Part shown: one piece after another, positions 18,862-28,141 of the stretch | Layout: each line of letters begins with the position of its first letter | Position numbering within the stretch: position 1 is the first letter of the stretch | IMG/VR virus record: IMGVR_UViG_3300021978_000001 | Span: 224,001-288,000 of that record | Source: a virus | Lineage: Duplodnaviria; Caudoviricetes | Length of the DNA: 64,000 nucleotides | Direction: 5' to 3' (one strand) | Translations under genes and position numbers: made by a program | The notes under the pieces: generated by a model | Told to the model about the DNA's origin: nothing | Databases searched by the model: none | The model's input: the letters and a program-made list of their open reading frames with translations, nothing else

Positions 18862-20861
18862 CACCATCTCCTCTTGTGCATACGCTGAATCGCACGAAGT
18901 CGTGCGCCGCGTTGAAGCTGTGTGTTGTTACGGCGCCCCTTACGGCGGTGGTACTCGGTCGCAGAACGAGGGACATTATGGTAAGAGGCTTCACCCTGAG
19001 CGTTGTAGTTGGCACCCTTGGCGATATGCGTTTGACGCCCGGACGCCATTACGGAAAGCCATACCGAGCGAATCAACGCATCCGCAAAGTCATCGTGCTT
19101 CCCAACAACATTGGGCGCCGCGACTTCGACCACCTTCTTGGACTTGTAGCTCGCTTGCAGCTCCAACAACTCCTCGATGTAGGGCGCAGACTTGACCACA
19201 CCCGTGCCTTCGAGGTTGGAGAGGTCGATGTTCGAGTCCATGTCATCATCCCCCGCCCCAGTGTCACGCAAGGTGAAATCGTAGAGGCGCAGCTTGTTGT
19301 GGTACATCAGCGTCTTGAACGCGTCGTACATGCGGCTGGTCTCGTCCTTGGTGAATTGCTTGGACTGGATCTGGTCGAGCCCCATCTTGTCAAGTGTCTG
19401 CTGGAAACTCAACGCGTGCCACTGATCGAACAGACCTTCCTTGATGAAGAATTTGCGCGAGACCGCGCGTACCCAGTTGGCCAATTCATCAAAGTCGAGC
19501 ATCTCGACACCAGGCATCTCCTTGACGTAGGGGACCAGGGGCGCGGAGAGGTGCGGGTTCAACTCATACCAATCTGCCCCTGCCTGCCACTGCTCGTGGT
19601 ACACGAGGCGGATGTGCTCCCCTTCAGGGCGCGTCAAAACCAACGCCGTGCGGTCATTGACCACCGCGAGGTCGAGCCCCATGTAATGCGCTTGCCTCGC
19701 CTGACCACGAACCTCGGGCTTGAGATCGACATCGACACAAGCCATCAGGTCCTTGCGACGCTCGATCCAACCACTGGCGCGGTCCGTGAACTGCGCTCCA
19801 AATTCGGTATCGAACACGCGTGGGTTCGACGCCTGGAAGTTCCGCAAGAAGTTGACGGGGACTGTGGGGTTAACCTCCCAGGTAGGCGCCTGGATCATGA
19901 GCAAGTCTTCCGAATCCTCCCCGCCACGCTTGGACTGCTGATACTGGTTAAAGAACAGCCCCTCCTTGGCGAACGGCGAGGAGATCAGGATGATGCGACC
20001 CTCGGAGTTCTGAGAGAGCATCTCCCCGGGATTGTTCGGGTCCGCAGGGTTGAAGGTCGCCACAGAAGGCGTCACAGCATCATAAACGTTCTGTGCCGAG
20101 CTTCCGCCCTTGCTCTTGAAGAACGCGACCTCATCGAGAATCACGACGATGTTCGCGAAACCACGAATACCCGAGCTAGACGAGGAGAAGAATCGAATCT
20201 GATAGCTGGCGCGACCATCCTCACGTGCAGAACCCGTCGTATCCAGATCGTGCGGCGTCTGGAACTTCATGTACGTCTGCGTATCATGTGACAGATAAGG
20301 GTCAAAGAACGCACACGTCACGAAGTAGTTGCGGATCGCGTTGTACAAGATCTGCGACTGATCCTTGGTCGGAGCCACAGTAGAAAGCGTGATCTCCGCA
20401 CCTTCAGCCATGCCATAGTAATTCTGAGGATCACCCTTACGCAAGAGCTTGTAGCTCTCGAACGCCCCGATAATCGAAGACACGAAGGACTTCCCAGAAC
20501 GACGACCAATCGGCAGCACGAGCGTTCGACGCATGTGATCTTGAGACTTGAGGTTGCACCGCCCCTGATCGTGCAAGTAAGCCATGTACTCCAACTCGGT
20601 GAAGTTGTAGTAATGCTCGGGCTTTGCACTCTGCGCGTATTGCCACAGCCTGGGGATTTTGATGTTGCGTTCGGTGTTATCCAGTTCGATATGGTAAAAG
20701 GACTTGAGGATAAAGCGCTGCACAGGGTACAGTTGAACACGCTGATCAGGACCCATGTTCAAGCCATAGGGCGAGTCCACGAAATCCATGATCGACATGG
20801 CTTCCGTTTCATTATCGCGGCTCCTACGACCGATGCGACCGAAGAGATCTGAGAGTGACAT
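18861..20861 (-). CDS. Terminase large subunit
   Basis: Walker A 'IGRRSGKS', Walker B 'VVILDEVAFF', motif III 'ISSP', RNase H nuclease 'MGLDLA..NDRTA' and 'HDDFADAL'. Confidence 0.92.
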   Translation of the reverse strand: MSLSDLFGRIGRRSRDNETEAMSIMDFVDSPYGLNMGPDQRVQLYPVQRFILKSFYHIELDNTERNIKIPRLWQYAQSAKPEHYYNFTELEYMAYLHDQGRCNLKSQDHMRRTLVLPIGRRSGKSFVSSIIGAFESYKLLRKGDPQNYYGMAEGAEITLSTVAPTKDQSQILYNAIRNYFVTCAFFDPYLSHDTQTYMKFQTPHDLDTTGSAREDGRASYQIRFFSSSSSGIRGFANIVVILDEVAFFKSKGGSSAQNVYDAVTPSVATFNPADPNNPGEMLSQNSEGRIILISSPFAKEGLFFNQYQQSKRGGEDSEDLLMIQAPTWEVNPTVPVNFLRNFQASNPRVFDTEFGAQFTDRASGWIERRKDLMACVDVDLKPEVRGQARQAHYMGLDLAVVNDRTALVLTRPEGEHIRLVYHEQWQAGADWYELNPHLSAPLVPYVKEMPGVEMLDFDELANWVRAVSRKFFIKEGLFDQWHALSFQQTLDKMGLDQIQSKQFTKDETSRMYDAFKTLMYHNKLRLYDFTLRDTGAGDDDMDSNIDLSNLEGTGVVKSAPYIEELLELQASYKSKKVVEVAAPNVVGKHDDFADALIRSVWLSVMASGRQTHIAKGANYNAQGEASYHNVPRSATEYHRRKGRRNNTQLQRGARLRAIQRMHKRRW

Positions 20862-20881
20862 GGGTCCTCCTTGATGGGGGT

Positions 20882-21436
20882 TTACGCGGACGGCCTACCG
20901 CCCGCTTTGATGTACTTCAGTGCCTCCTTCTCCCAGTCCTCGAAGACGGACTGCATGGCGGAGAAAAAGCGCTGAATCATCTCATCAGGCATTTGAGATT
21001 CCATGCATGCCTCCTCGATCTTGTTGCCCCAGAACTCGAACAAGAGCTTGAAGTTCTGTGAGCGGAAATCGAAGGTCTCGTCCAGCATGGTCTCACGTTT
21101 CTTCAAGAACGTGTCGATCACCGCCTTGGTCGCGCTGATCTTCTTGGAAGAAATGCTCGTGGTATCCTTCCCCTTACGCTCCGCCTCACTGCGCTCGAAA
21201 TCCAGGCTCCCGGCTTCCTTGGCCAGCTCAAGCATGGCAAGGTCCAGGATGTCCATCGAATGAGGCGCCTCTTCGAGACGGGTGATCAAGGGGTTGTCAC
21301 GTAGGTGCTTGCGCTTGTTGCGCATGAGCTGTGCGACCTCTTCGTCCACAGGCTCGATGGGAATCTTGGGAGGACGTCCAGGTCCCCTCTTTTTCTCCAC
21401 GCGCTCCAACTTGACAATCTGTAGTTTCCCCATCAC
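20882..21436 (-). CDS. Putative terminase small subunit with AT-hook-like motif
   Basis: 184 aa helical protein immediately upstream of TerL; N-terminal 'KKRGPGRPPK'. Confidence 0.5.
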   Translation of the reverse strand: MMGKLQIVKLERVEKKRGPGRPPKIPIEPVDEEVAQLMRNKRKHLRDNPLITRLEEAPHSMDILDLAMLELAKEAGSLDFERSEAERKGKDTTSISSKKISATKAVIDTFLKKRETMLDETFDFRSQNFKLLFEFWGNKIEEACMESQMPDEMIQRFFSAMQSVFEDWEKEALKYIKAGGRPSA

Positions 21437-21459
21437 GACCTCCTTAACTGTGGTTCCGG

Positions 21460-22146
21460 TTAGCGCAACTGTGCAGCAACACGCTTGAGCATGGCCGCCT
21501 CATTCGGCATATCCAATGCCGAGAAGAGTACCCCCATGGCAAACGTGATCAGGTACGCCTGTTGGCGCATCTTCTTGGGATCTTGGGACATCACGGCGTC
21601 GATAAACTTCGAGCCTCCCGCGCGGAGCTGACCCGCGAGCTGACGAATCTGACCGAAGGCATCTGCGGTAAGCTCCAACGAGCCATAGACAGACAAATCA
21701 GGGCTGACCATTTTGGTCGTATCCAGATGAAGCGTTACCTCCATCTCGCCCCCACGACCCGGCGTGATCTTCAACCTACGGACAGGCACACCTCGTCGAT
21801 CGAGAAGCCTCATCAATGTCTTCTCATCTTGCCGAGCACGGTCCAAATCCTCGATGAACTGAAGCTCTGGGTCCATGGCCACATTCACCCGGTACGTCGC
21901 TCGAATCACATCAGGACCATGCAAGTACGCATCGACATGACGACCGTTGTAATCGCTCATCCTCTTCAACTCACGGCGTACCATCTCAAGGTAGTTCTCG
22001 CGAGTAGACGCTTGACGGTTAGCACTAGGCGAAGAACCCTCCATCGTCGCGGTGACCATGGCGATCACAGGCTTGAGATTTTCCCGAAGCTCGGGGTTCG
22101 CGTTCCCGAGGCGGATGAGTTGGTTTTGTAGCTTCATCAGGTCCAT
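21460..22146 (-). CDS. Hypothetical protein with N-terminal LIRLG..PELR tag
   Basis: 228 aa; MDLMKLQNQLIRLGNANPELRENLKPVIA...RQAS. Confidence 0.75.
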   Translation of the reverse strand: MDLMKLQNQLIRLGNANPELRENLKPVIAMVTATMEGSSPSANRQASTRENYLEMVRRELKRMSDYNGRHVDAYLHGPDVIRATYRVNVAMDPELQFIEDLDRARQDEKTLMRLLDRRGVPVRRLKITPGRGGEMEVTLHLDTTKMVSPDLSVYGSLELTADAFGQIRQLAGQLRAGGSKFIDAVMSQDPKKMRQQAYLITFAMGVLFSALDMPNEAAMLKRVAAQLR

Positions 22147-22164
22147 CGAGGTTCTCCTTAGTGT

Positions 22165-25113
22165 TCAGTCGATCTGCCAATCGGCAGTCATTTCCATGTC
22201 GAAACTTCCTGGCCCTTCCTCGTGCAGATCGAAGTCCAAGCCCCCCGCAGAAGGCGCGAAGTCGAACTCGTTCATCAAGGCGTATCCCGTGGGCGCCGAA
22301 GAGCTGGTATCACTTGCCTTCTGAAACTGAGCTTGCGCTTCATGCTTGGCGGCCTCACGCTGCTGCAAGTAGGCTTGTGCCTTCGCGACATCCACACCGC
22401 GCTGTTCGAGCTGACCATGGTGTGCCTTGACATACCCGGAGTGCTTGGCGTTGTGGTGAGGAAACGCCGTGTGCGCGAGATACGTGCGCTGCTTGGCCGT
22501 TCCAGAAGCCTCGCGCAGGCGAGATGCTTCCGCCTGTGTCAGCTCACCCTTGCGGACACGCTGACCCAAAGCACGATCGACCGTGGCGTCACTGTACTGT
22601 GGCGAGGCAACGAGCTTGCGGTCATAAACCTTGCACTGCCCCTCGACATTGAAGCGGCAACCTGTACACTTGGAGGCTTGCACCACCTGATTGACTGTCG
22701 TCGAAGTCTTCTCGGCACCAAGATGGCAATCATCATAGGCATCCGCGACCACGTAAGCGCGACCATAAAGACCCTCTTCCTCACGCATCGCGAGCACGAC
22801 CGGCGCCTGGTCCACGATCTTCTCGTAGGAGAAGGCACGCTTGATGTCATCCGAGAGACGCGCACCATACGACCCTGCCATCATACGATCACGCATGAAG
22901 CGACCCGCGCGCGTCTTGAAAAATGCACCGAGAGGAGGAATCGAACCCTTCGCTTTGAAGTCAGACGCCGTAACCACCTCGATGATCTTGCGCGCTTGCT
23001 TGAGACGATCCGGCGAACTCGACGCACGCTTGGAAGCCGTGCGCTCGTCACCTGCCAGGTAGATGTCCCCGAGCGTGTCATAACCGAGACGCTTCGAGAG
23101 ACGATCGAGCATGCGATCCCCTCCTGCCTGACGGAGATAGTCTTCGAGCACAGCGAACGCACGCTTGGTCTTGGTGGTCGCGAGACGCTCGACGAACGCG
23201 CGCATGCGATCATTACTGACATACTCGGGGCGCCACTGACGGTAGGGGCTATCGTGTGTCGCGACCTTGGCCTTGACCTGGCGCGCGTATGCCGCATGAG
23301 CAATCTTCTGAACCTCGGGGCCTGAGAGCTTACCGAGCTTATCGATCGTTCGACGCAAATAAGACTGACGCGCGTTCCCTTCGAGCTGCTTCAAATCCGC
23401 CATACGCGCCGCAATGGGTGCGTGCGCGTGCGCAGACGTGAAGAACGTCTCACGGTTATCATCAGTGAGGTAAGGCAACTGCGCCAGATGAGCGTGGCGC
23501 TCTCCCAGGGACGCGAGTTGCTTCGCGGTCACCAGGCTCGTGTCCACATACAAGCGACCGAGCAAATGCAAGTGTGCCTGGAGATCGCGCATCGAAGGAT
23601 CAGATGCCACGAGCGTCGAGACACGCTTTCCGTGATCTCCCGAGAGCATCGCCTCGATAACCTCGGTGCGGTTGGCTACCTTGCGCTTGTTGGCAACCTT
23701 CACACGCTCAGGGGTGTATGCCGCGAACCGATCGAGCGCCTCCCCTTCTGTGATACCCTCGGTAGGATCATAGACATACTTGGCCGCGTGCATCTGCACA
23801 CGTTGCGGCAAGGGACGCGCATACACGCCCTGAGCAAAGGAGAGCGCCTCCTCGCGAGATGCCTGACGCATCATAGCCCAGAGCTTGTCAAAGCGCTCCT
23901 GGTGCTTTTCAGCGCGCTTCTGAGTAGGCCCATGCGTCAACTCAAGGTAGCGGTTGAGCACCGATGCCAGGAGAGAAGCATGACGCACATCGACAAACGA
24001 CGCGCTCGTGTAAGACGAGATCTCGGTTTCATTGTAGGGAATCCCCACGATGAAAGGAGGTGGCGTATCCAGCGCCTCGATAAACGAAGCTGCTTCCTTG
24101 TAGGTCGGGAAGTACGCGATGTTCGCGTACAACGAACCCATCAAGTGGAGATCTTGCTTGAGCGGCGCGAGGTCCGGGTCATGCTTGACACGTTCGACGA
24201 TCGTAGGCCCATGCTCACCCGAGAGCATCGCCTTTGCCCAACGAAGCTGCTTGCGGCGAAGCTGTACATTCCCGACGATCTCTTGCGTGCTCTCGGAAGC
24301 CATCAGGCGCCTGGCCGCTTCCTGCGGAGAAACGGAATCCGCGAGGTGAGCCTGCACAGGCTTGTGGCCCTGTGCAACTTCCCTGGCGCGCGGAGCACGA
24401 AGCATGGCTTGCTGGATGCGCTCCTTGACAGGCAACCCTTGCAGGTCTGCGATGTCCTTGTCTCGCAGGCGACCCTTGACTTGATCCCAAAGCGACTCAT
24501 CATACTGCACATCGAAGACAAGCTGCTTGGTAAAGACCGCGCAACGTCCTTCCTTGTTGTGCACACAATCCACGCACTCGCTTTTGGCGAGGACATAATT
24601 TGCCTGACGGTTGGTCGCGGTGAGATCCCGGACGAGACCTCCAGCGGCGCACTTCGGGAACAAACGCGAATCGAGATACACCGAGCCCAGAAGCCCTCGC
24701 TCACCGAGGACCGCGCGAATACGATCGAGCGACGCACTGAGTGTCCGAGGATCGAACTTCAACTTGAGGTTGGCGATAACCTGCTTGGCCTTGACACCCG
24801 CTTGAACCTGCGCCTTCGTGAAGTGCTCGACAAGCGCAACCGCTTCTGCATCCGTAATGCGCCCGAAGTGTGGACGCTCGGACCAAAACGGTGTCGTGGG
24901 TTGCACAGGCTCGCGATTTTCAGCGGCGAGATGAAACGCCTGCGCATCAGTCAAGTCCTTGAAATGTGCCAGCAGCTCGGGGACGGAATCCAGGTTTTGA
25001 TGTGGCAGCGTCTCCATATAGAGACGGTACTCTTCAGGGCTCACCTCCAACCAGGACAGGTCGTTGACGGGCTCTTCATCGAGAAAATGTCCAATATCTC
25101 CCAGGTCAGCCAT
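22165..25113 (-). CDS. Large internally repeated Cys-motif protein (candidate virion core protein)
   Basis: Start moved to ATG 25113 (MADLGD) behind RBS AGGAGG; 982 aa; two C-x2-C-x2-N-x-EG-x-C modules and repeated 'MLSG.HG...L..G.LY'. Confidence 0.8.
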   Translation of the reverse strand: MADLGDIGHFLDEEPVNDLSWLEVSPEEYRLYMETLPHQNLDSVPELLAHFKDLTDAQAFHLAAENREPVQPTTPFWSERPHFGRITDAEAVALVEHFTKAQVQAGVKAKQVIANLKLKFDPRTLSASLDRIRAVLGERGLLGSVYLDSRLFPKCAAGGLVRDLTATNRQANYVLAKSECVDCVHNKEGRCAVFTKQLVFDVQYDESLWDQVKGRLRDKDIADLQGLPVKERIQQAMLRAPRAREVAQGHKPVQAHLADSVSPQEAARRLMASESTQEIVGNVQLRRKQLRWAKAMLSGEHGPTIVERVKHDPDLAPLKQDLHLMGSLYANIAYFPTYKEAASFIEALDTPPPFIVGIPYNETEISSYTSASFVDVRHASLLASVLNRYLELTHGPTQKRAEKHQERFDKLWAMMRQASREEALSFAQGVYARPLPQRVQMHAAKYVYDPTEGITEGEALDRFAAYTPERVKVANKRKVANRTEVIEAMLSGDHGKRVSTLVASDPSMRDLQAHLHLLGRLYVDTSLVTAKQLASLGERHAHLAQLPYLTDDNRETFFTSAHAHAPIAARMADLKQLEGNARQSYLRRTIDKLGKLSGPEVQKIAHAAYARQVKAKVATHDSPYRQWRPEYVSNDRMRAFVERLATTKTKRAFAVLEDYLRQAGGDRMLDRLSKRLGYDTLGDIYLAGDERTASKRASSSPDRLKQARKIIEVVTASDFKAKGSIPPLGAFFKTRAGRFMRDRMMAGSYGARLSDDIKRAFSYEKIVDQAPVVLAMREEEGLYGRAYVVADAYDDCHLGAEKTSTTVNQVVQASKCTGCRFNVEGQCKVYDRKLVASPQYSDATVDRALGQRVRKGELTQAEASRLREASGTAKQRTYLAHTAFPHHNAKHSGYVKAHHGQLEQRGVDVAKAQAYLQQREAAKHEAQAQFQKASDTSSSAPTGYALMNEFDFAPSAGGLDFDLHEEGPGSFDMEMTADWQID

Positions 25114-25702
25114 GGCCACCCCTCCTGTTGACGTTGAGCGTCGCCTTCTTGACGACCTCTTCCTTGTACTCACGCTCGACGAACGCATCAGGGTTCAAGC
25201 TGATCTCATCAGATTCTTCGAGCATCTGCTCGGCTTCTGCTTCCTCGGAAGCGGGGATAGCTAGAGCGGTAGCGTCCCAGTGCGCGGCACGAAGTTCATC
25301 ATAAAGTGTGTCCTGGAGCGCGCTCAGGGTCTCGACGGAATCCGTCATCGACTTGCGCATCCCCTTGATCGTCTGAATAAACCCTGCGCCTCCCAGCTTC
25401 CCATCAGGGGAAATGGAGACTGCCTTGATCTTGGAGAAGGTCGAGTGCGCGCTGATCAAGTGACCGAGCGCGACAGAGACCGACCACAGAACCTTCGCGA
25501 GTGGCTTCTTGGCTTTGGGGTTGTACTCATAGGCGTCGGGCAGAACGCGACCTTCCGGTCCCTGGTCCTTGATGAAACGAATTTCACCAGCGGTCCTGGT
25601 CATGGTATAACCCGAAGCCTCCAGATGGCGACGCGCGACCTCAGACGCCAGACGAAGCGTGCGCTCAGGCGTCATCGCATTTGCGGTGTGCTTTCGGGTC
25701 AT
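25106..25702 (-). CDS. Hypothetical protein (EVARRHL motif)
   Basis: 198 aa ORF in tight operon. Confidence 0.75.
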   Translation of the reverse strand: MTRKHTANAMTPERTLRLASEVARRHLEASGYTMTRTAGEIRFIKDQGPEGRVLPDAYEYNPKAKKPLAKVLWSVSVALGHLISAHSTFSKIKAVSISPDGKLGGAGFIQTIKGMRKSMTDSVETLSALQDTLYDELRAAHWDATALAIPASEEAEAEQMLEESDEISLNPDAFVEREYKEEVVKKATLNVNRRGGHG

Positions 25703-25708
25703 GGTGTA

Positions 25709-26002
25709 TCACTCCGCCTTGAGGGGGTTACCCTCACTATCCGTAAGGCGCTCGACCACCCAGTGGCCATCTTCCCCTTGACGCAGCTTCCAGAAGTCCT
25801 GCTCCGACTTGCGAACCAGAAGATCCTGTGCGACACGACGGAAACCCTTGAGCTGCTTCACAGACGCCACACGAAAGCTCTGAGGCGGCGCGGCAACCTG
25901 AGCAGCACGAAAATCGACAGGCTCGGGCTCCTCACCGAGGTAAGAATCCAGGCCGGATTCGCCCATGGTCAATGCGTGAATATCGAAGTCTTTGTAGTCC
26001 AT
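25709..26002 (-). CDS. Hypothetical protein
   Basis: 97 aa, RBS GGAG; 'FRVAS...GFRRVAQDLLVRKSEQDFW'. Confidence 0.7.
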   Translation of the reverse strand: MDYKDFDIHALTMGESGLDSYLGEEPEPVDFRAAQVAAPPQSFRVASVKQLKGFRRVAQDLLVRKSEQDFWKLRQGEDGHWVVERLTDSEGNPLKAE

Positions 26003-26027
26003 GGTGGTATCTCCCTTGGAGGTGAGT

Positions 26028-26300
26028 TCAAAAGCCAGTCAACGTGAGCCCATCCTTGTGCGCAGCATCCGCGACAGCCGAAGCCACCTCACGGTACTGT
26101 GTCAAGAAAGTCACGTAATCAAAGCCCCGGGTCGAGGCCAGGCGATTGGGGTAAGCCGCTTGCATGCGAGCGCTGAAGGAGGTCAGATGCCGCTCATCAC
26201 TGAAATACACAGTCAGCGTCGAGGTGACCTGACCCACGCGCTCCAGATAAGCATGCGCGACTGTCTTGGACATCACCACATGTTTGGTGGTCTTTCGCAT
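26028..26300 (-). CDS. Hypothetical protein (TVAHAYL motif)
   Basis: 90 aa ORF, first gene of the morphogenesis block. Confidence 0.6.
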   Translation of the reverse strand: MRKTTKHVVMSKTVAHAYLERVGQVTSTLTVYFSDERHLTSFSARMQAAYPNRLASTRGFDYVTFLTQYREVASAVADAAHKDGLTLTGF

Positions 26301-26327
26301 CTAGGGCCTCAAAATCCTGGTATCAGT

Positions 26328-26358
26328 GGGGTACTGTACATAACTCATACAGTACCCC
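26328..26358. promoter_or_regulatory. Perfect 11-bp inverted repeat at the module boundary
   Basis: GGGGTACTGTA-N9-TACAGTACCCC; no U-tract. Confidence 0.5.
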
Positions 26359-26399
26359 CCATAAACAGAATATCACGTCATGAGGCTATCGTGTGCGGC

Positions 26400-27203
26400 T
26401 CACACGAGCGAGTGCTTGGGGCGGGAGGTCCACTTGGGCGAACGAATTTCGCGCAGAATGTTGAAGTGGTACCGAATGGTCAAGAAGGTCTTGTAGTAGT
26501 CACCCAACAACAGAAGGTCGGGCGGGAGGACTTCATCGTCATCAATCTCGCGCATCGCGTTGACCACCCAGAAGAGCAAATCATCTTCCGGGGCCTTGAC
26601 CTCGGGCAGGGCGCCTTCTTTCCTGAGATCATCATAGTCTTCGATCATCTCACACACGCGAACTGCTTCCGGTCCGAGTTGCACATCAGACAAGCTGTAA
26701 TCCCATTCCAGGAGGCGGTCACAAAGATGATCACCGAGCTTGGCGAGGTTAGCAATGTACCGATGACGCACACGCCCTTGCGAGATGTCGAGGATTTTGG
26801 CCACTTCTGATTGGCAAGTCGAGAGGAACATCTCCGAGAAGATGCGCGCATCGAGTTCTTCCATCAACCCGTGTAGATCCGTGAAGATCTGTTCCTTGCT
26901 CACCTCGGGGATCTCGATCAGAAAGCGGATACGCATCAGCGCGCGCTGGAGACGATAAGACACCGCTGCCTGAGTCACGCTGAAGATCTCTGCGATGTCG
27001 GTCTGGCGCTTCCCTCTGAAAAAGTAAAGGCGAACCAGGTCGGCTTCCCGCGCGGGAAGCCGGTCGAGGACCGCCTTGATCTTATCGAGATGTAGGTTCT
27101 TCCACTGCTCGTCTGTCTCCGGCAGCGGTTCGAGACCATCACCCTGTGAAAAGCGGGCGGCGATTTCCTGGGGGTCGAGGGGTTGGATATAATACGCTGT
27201 CAT
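26400..27203 (-). CDS. Transcription factor with two sigma70 region-4-like HTH domains
   Basis: 'LDRLPAREADLVRLYFFRGKRQTDIAEIFSVTQAAVSYRLQRA' plus second 'CQSEVAKILDISQGRVRHR'; no region 2 recognised. Confidence 0.7.
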   Translation of the reverse strand: MTAYYIQPLDPQEIAARFSQGDGLEPLPETDEQWKNLHLDKIKAVLDRLPAREADLVRLYFFRGKRQTDIAEIFSVTQAAVSYRLQRALMRIRFLIEIPEVSKEQIFTDLHGLMEELDARIFSEMFLSTCQSEVAKILDISQGRVRHRYIANLAKLGDHLCDRLLEWDYSLSDVQLGPEAVRVCEMIEDYDDLRKEGALPEVKAPEDDLLFWVVNAMREIDDDEVLPPDLLLLGDYYKTFLTIRYHFNILREIRSPKWTSRPKHSLV

Positions 27204-28141
27204 CTTGGGTCTCCTGTCTTTTGAAACCCCGAGGGGCTGGACACAAACGTGCGCAACGACGACTCCAGCGAGGATAACTCCAGGGTCTCACATACATGCG
27301 CGACTGTTGATTCATTGGCCACCCCCGCGAGCACTTCCGGGGACTCGGGAGGGTTCAGCGCCATCACCTGAGCGTTGATCCTTGCCTGGGGCTCGAAAGA
27401 AACAAGAGTCTTGCGTTGGTACGCGGTCAGGCTCACCTTGAAATCTTTATAAATGGATTCCAGATCACCGCCATGCTCATTTGCGAGGCTCGCGAGCAAC
27501 TTACGAGGTACGCGCCGCGCACCGGGCATCCCATCCGAGCTATCCCCCGCGAACGTGCGATAACATAAAAACTGCTCGGGGTGCACACCGTACTCATCCC
27601 AGACAGCATCTCTATCGTAGAGCTTGGAAGCGTTGGGTGTAGAGAGAATGGTATGGTCAGACACGAGCTGCAAGAGATCTCTGTCTGAGCTTACAATGGC
27701 GCACGCTTCTCCCGGTACACGATAAGGGAGGTCTGGCAAATCACCACGCTCTTCTGGAGGAGAGACCAACCATGCAACCACATCATCCGCCTCATAGCCT
27801 TTCGCCCAACACTGGTGAATGCCCAAGGCTTGGAGTAACCGACTCAACAACGGGAGCTGGACCTCCAAAACCTCACCGAGCGCGCCACCCCTACCTTCCT
27901 TGTATGCAGGCCAGATCTCACGTCGTCGTTCGATATGGGTACCGGGACCATCCTGTGCACCCTCTTCAACCCACCAGAAAGTAGCCTTGGGGTGACGCTT
28001 ACGCCAGGAAATAAGAGACTGAGCCACGCCGTAGAGCACGCCTGTAGGGATGCCAGAAGAAGTCTTGAGACCGAAGCGCACATCATGCACGTGATGTGCG
28101 CGCATCACCAGGTTCATCCCATCGAAAATAACATGCTTCAC
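27200..28141 (-). CDS. 5'-3' exonuclease / flap endonuclease (PolA N-terminal-like)
   Basis: 'IFDGMNL', 'EADDVV', 'SSDRDLLQL', 'GDSSDGMPG' motifs. Confidence 0.9.
   Translation of the reverse strand: MKHVIFDGMNLVMRAHHVHDVRFGLKTSSGIPTGVLYGVAQSLISWRKRHPKATFWWVEEGAQDGPGTHIERRREIWPAYKEGRGGALGEVLEVQLPLLSRLLQALGIHQCWAKGYEADDVVAWLVSPPEERGDLPDLPYRVPGEACAIVSSDRDLLQLVSDHTILSTPNASKLYDRDAVWDEYGVHPEQFLCYRTFAGDSSDGMPGARRVPRKLLASLANEHGGDLESIYKDFKVSLTAYQRKTLVSFEPQARINAQVMALNPPESPEVLAGVANESTVAHVCETLELSSLESSLRTFVSSPSGFQKTGDPR

Noticed and set aside
26333-26352. LexA SOS box (CTGT...ACAG)
   Set aside because: Spacer is 11 nt, not the 8 nt of the gammaproteobacterial box
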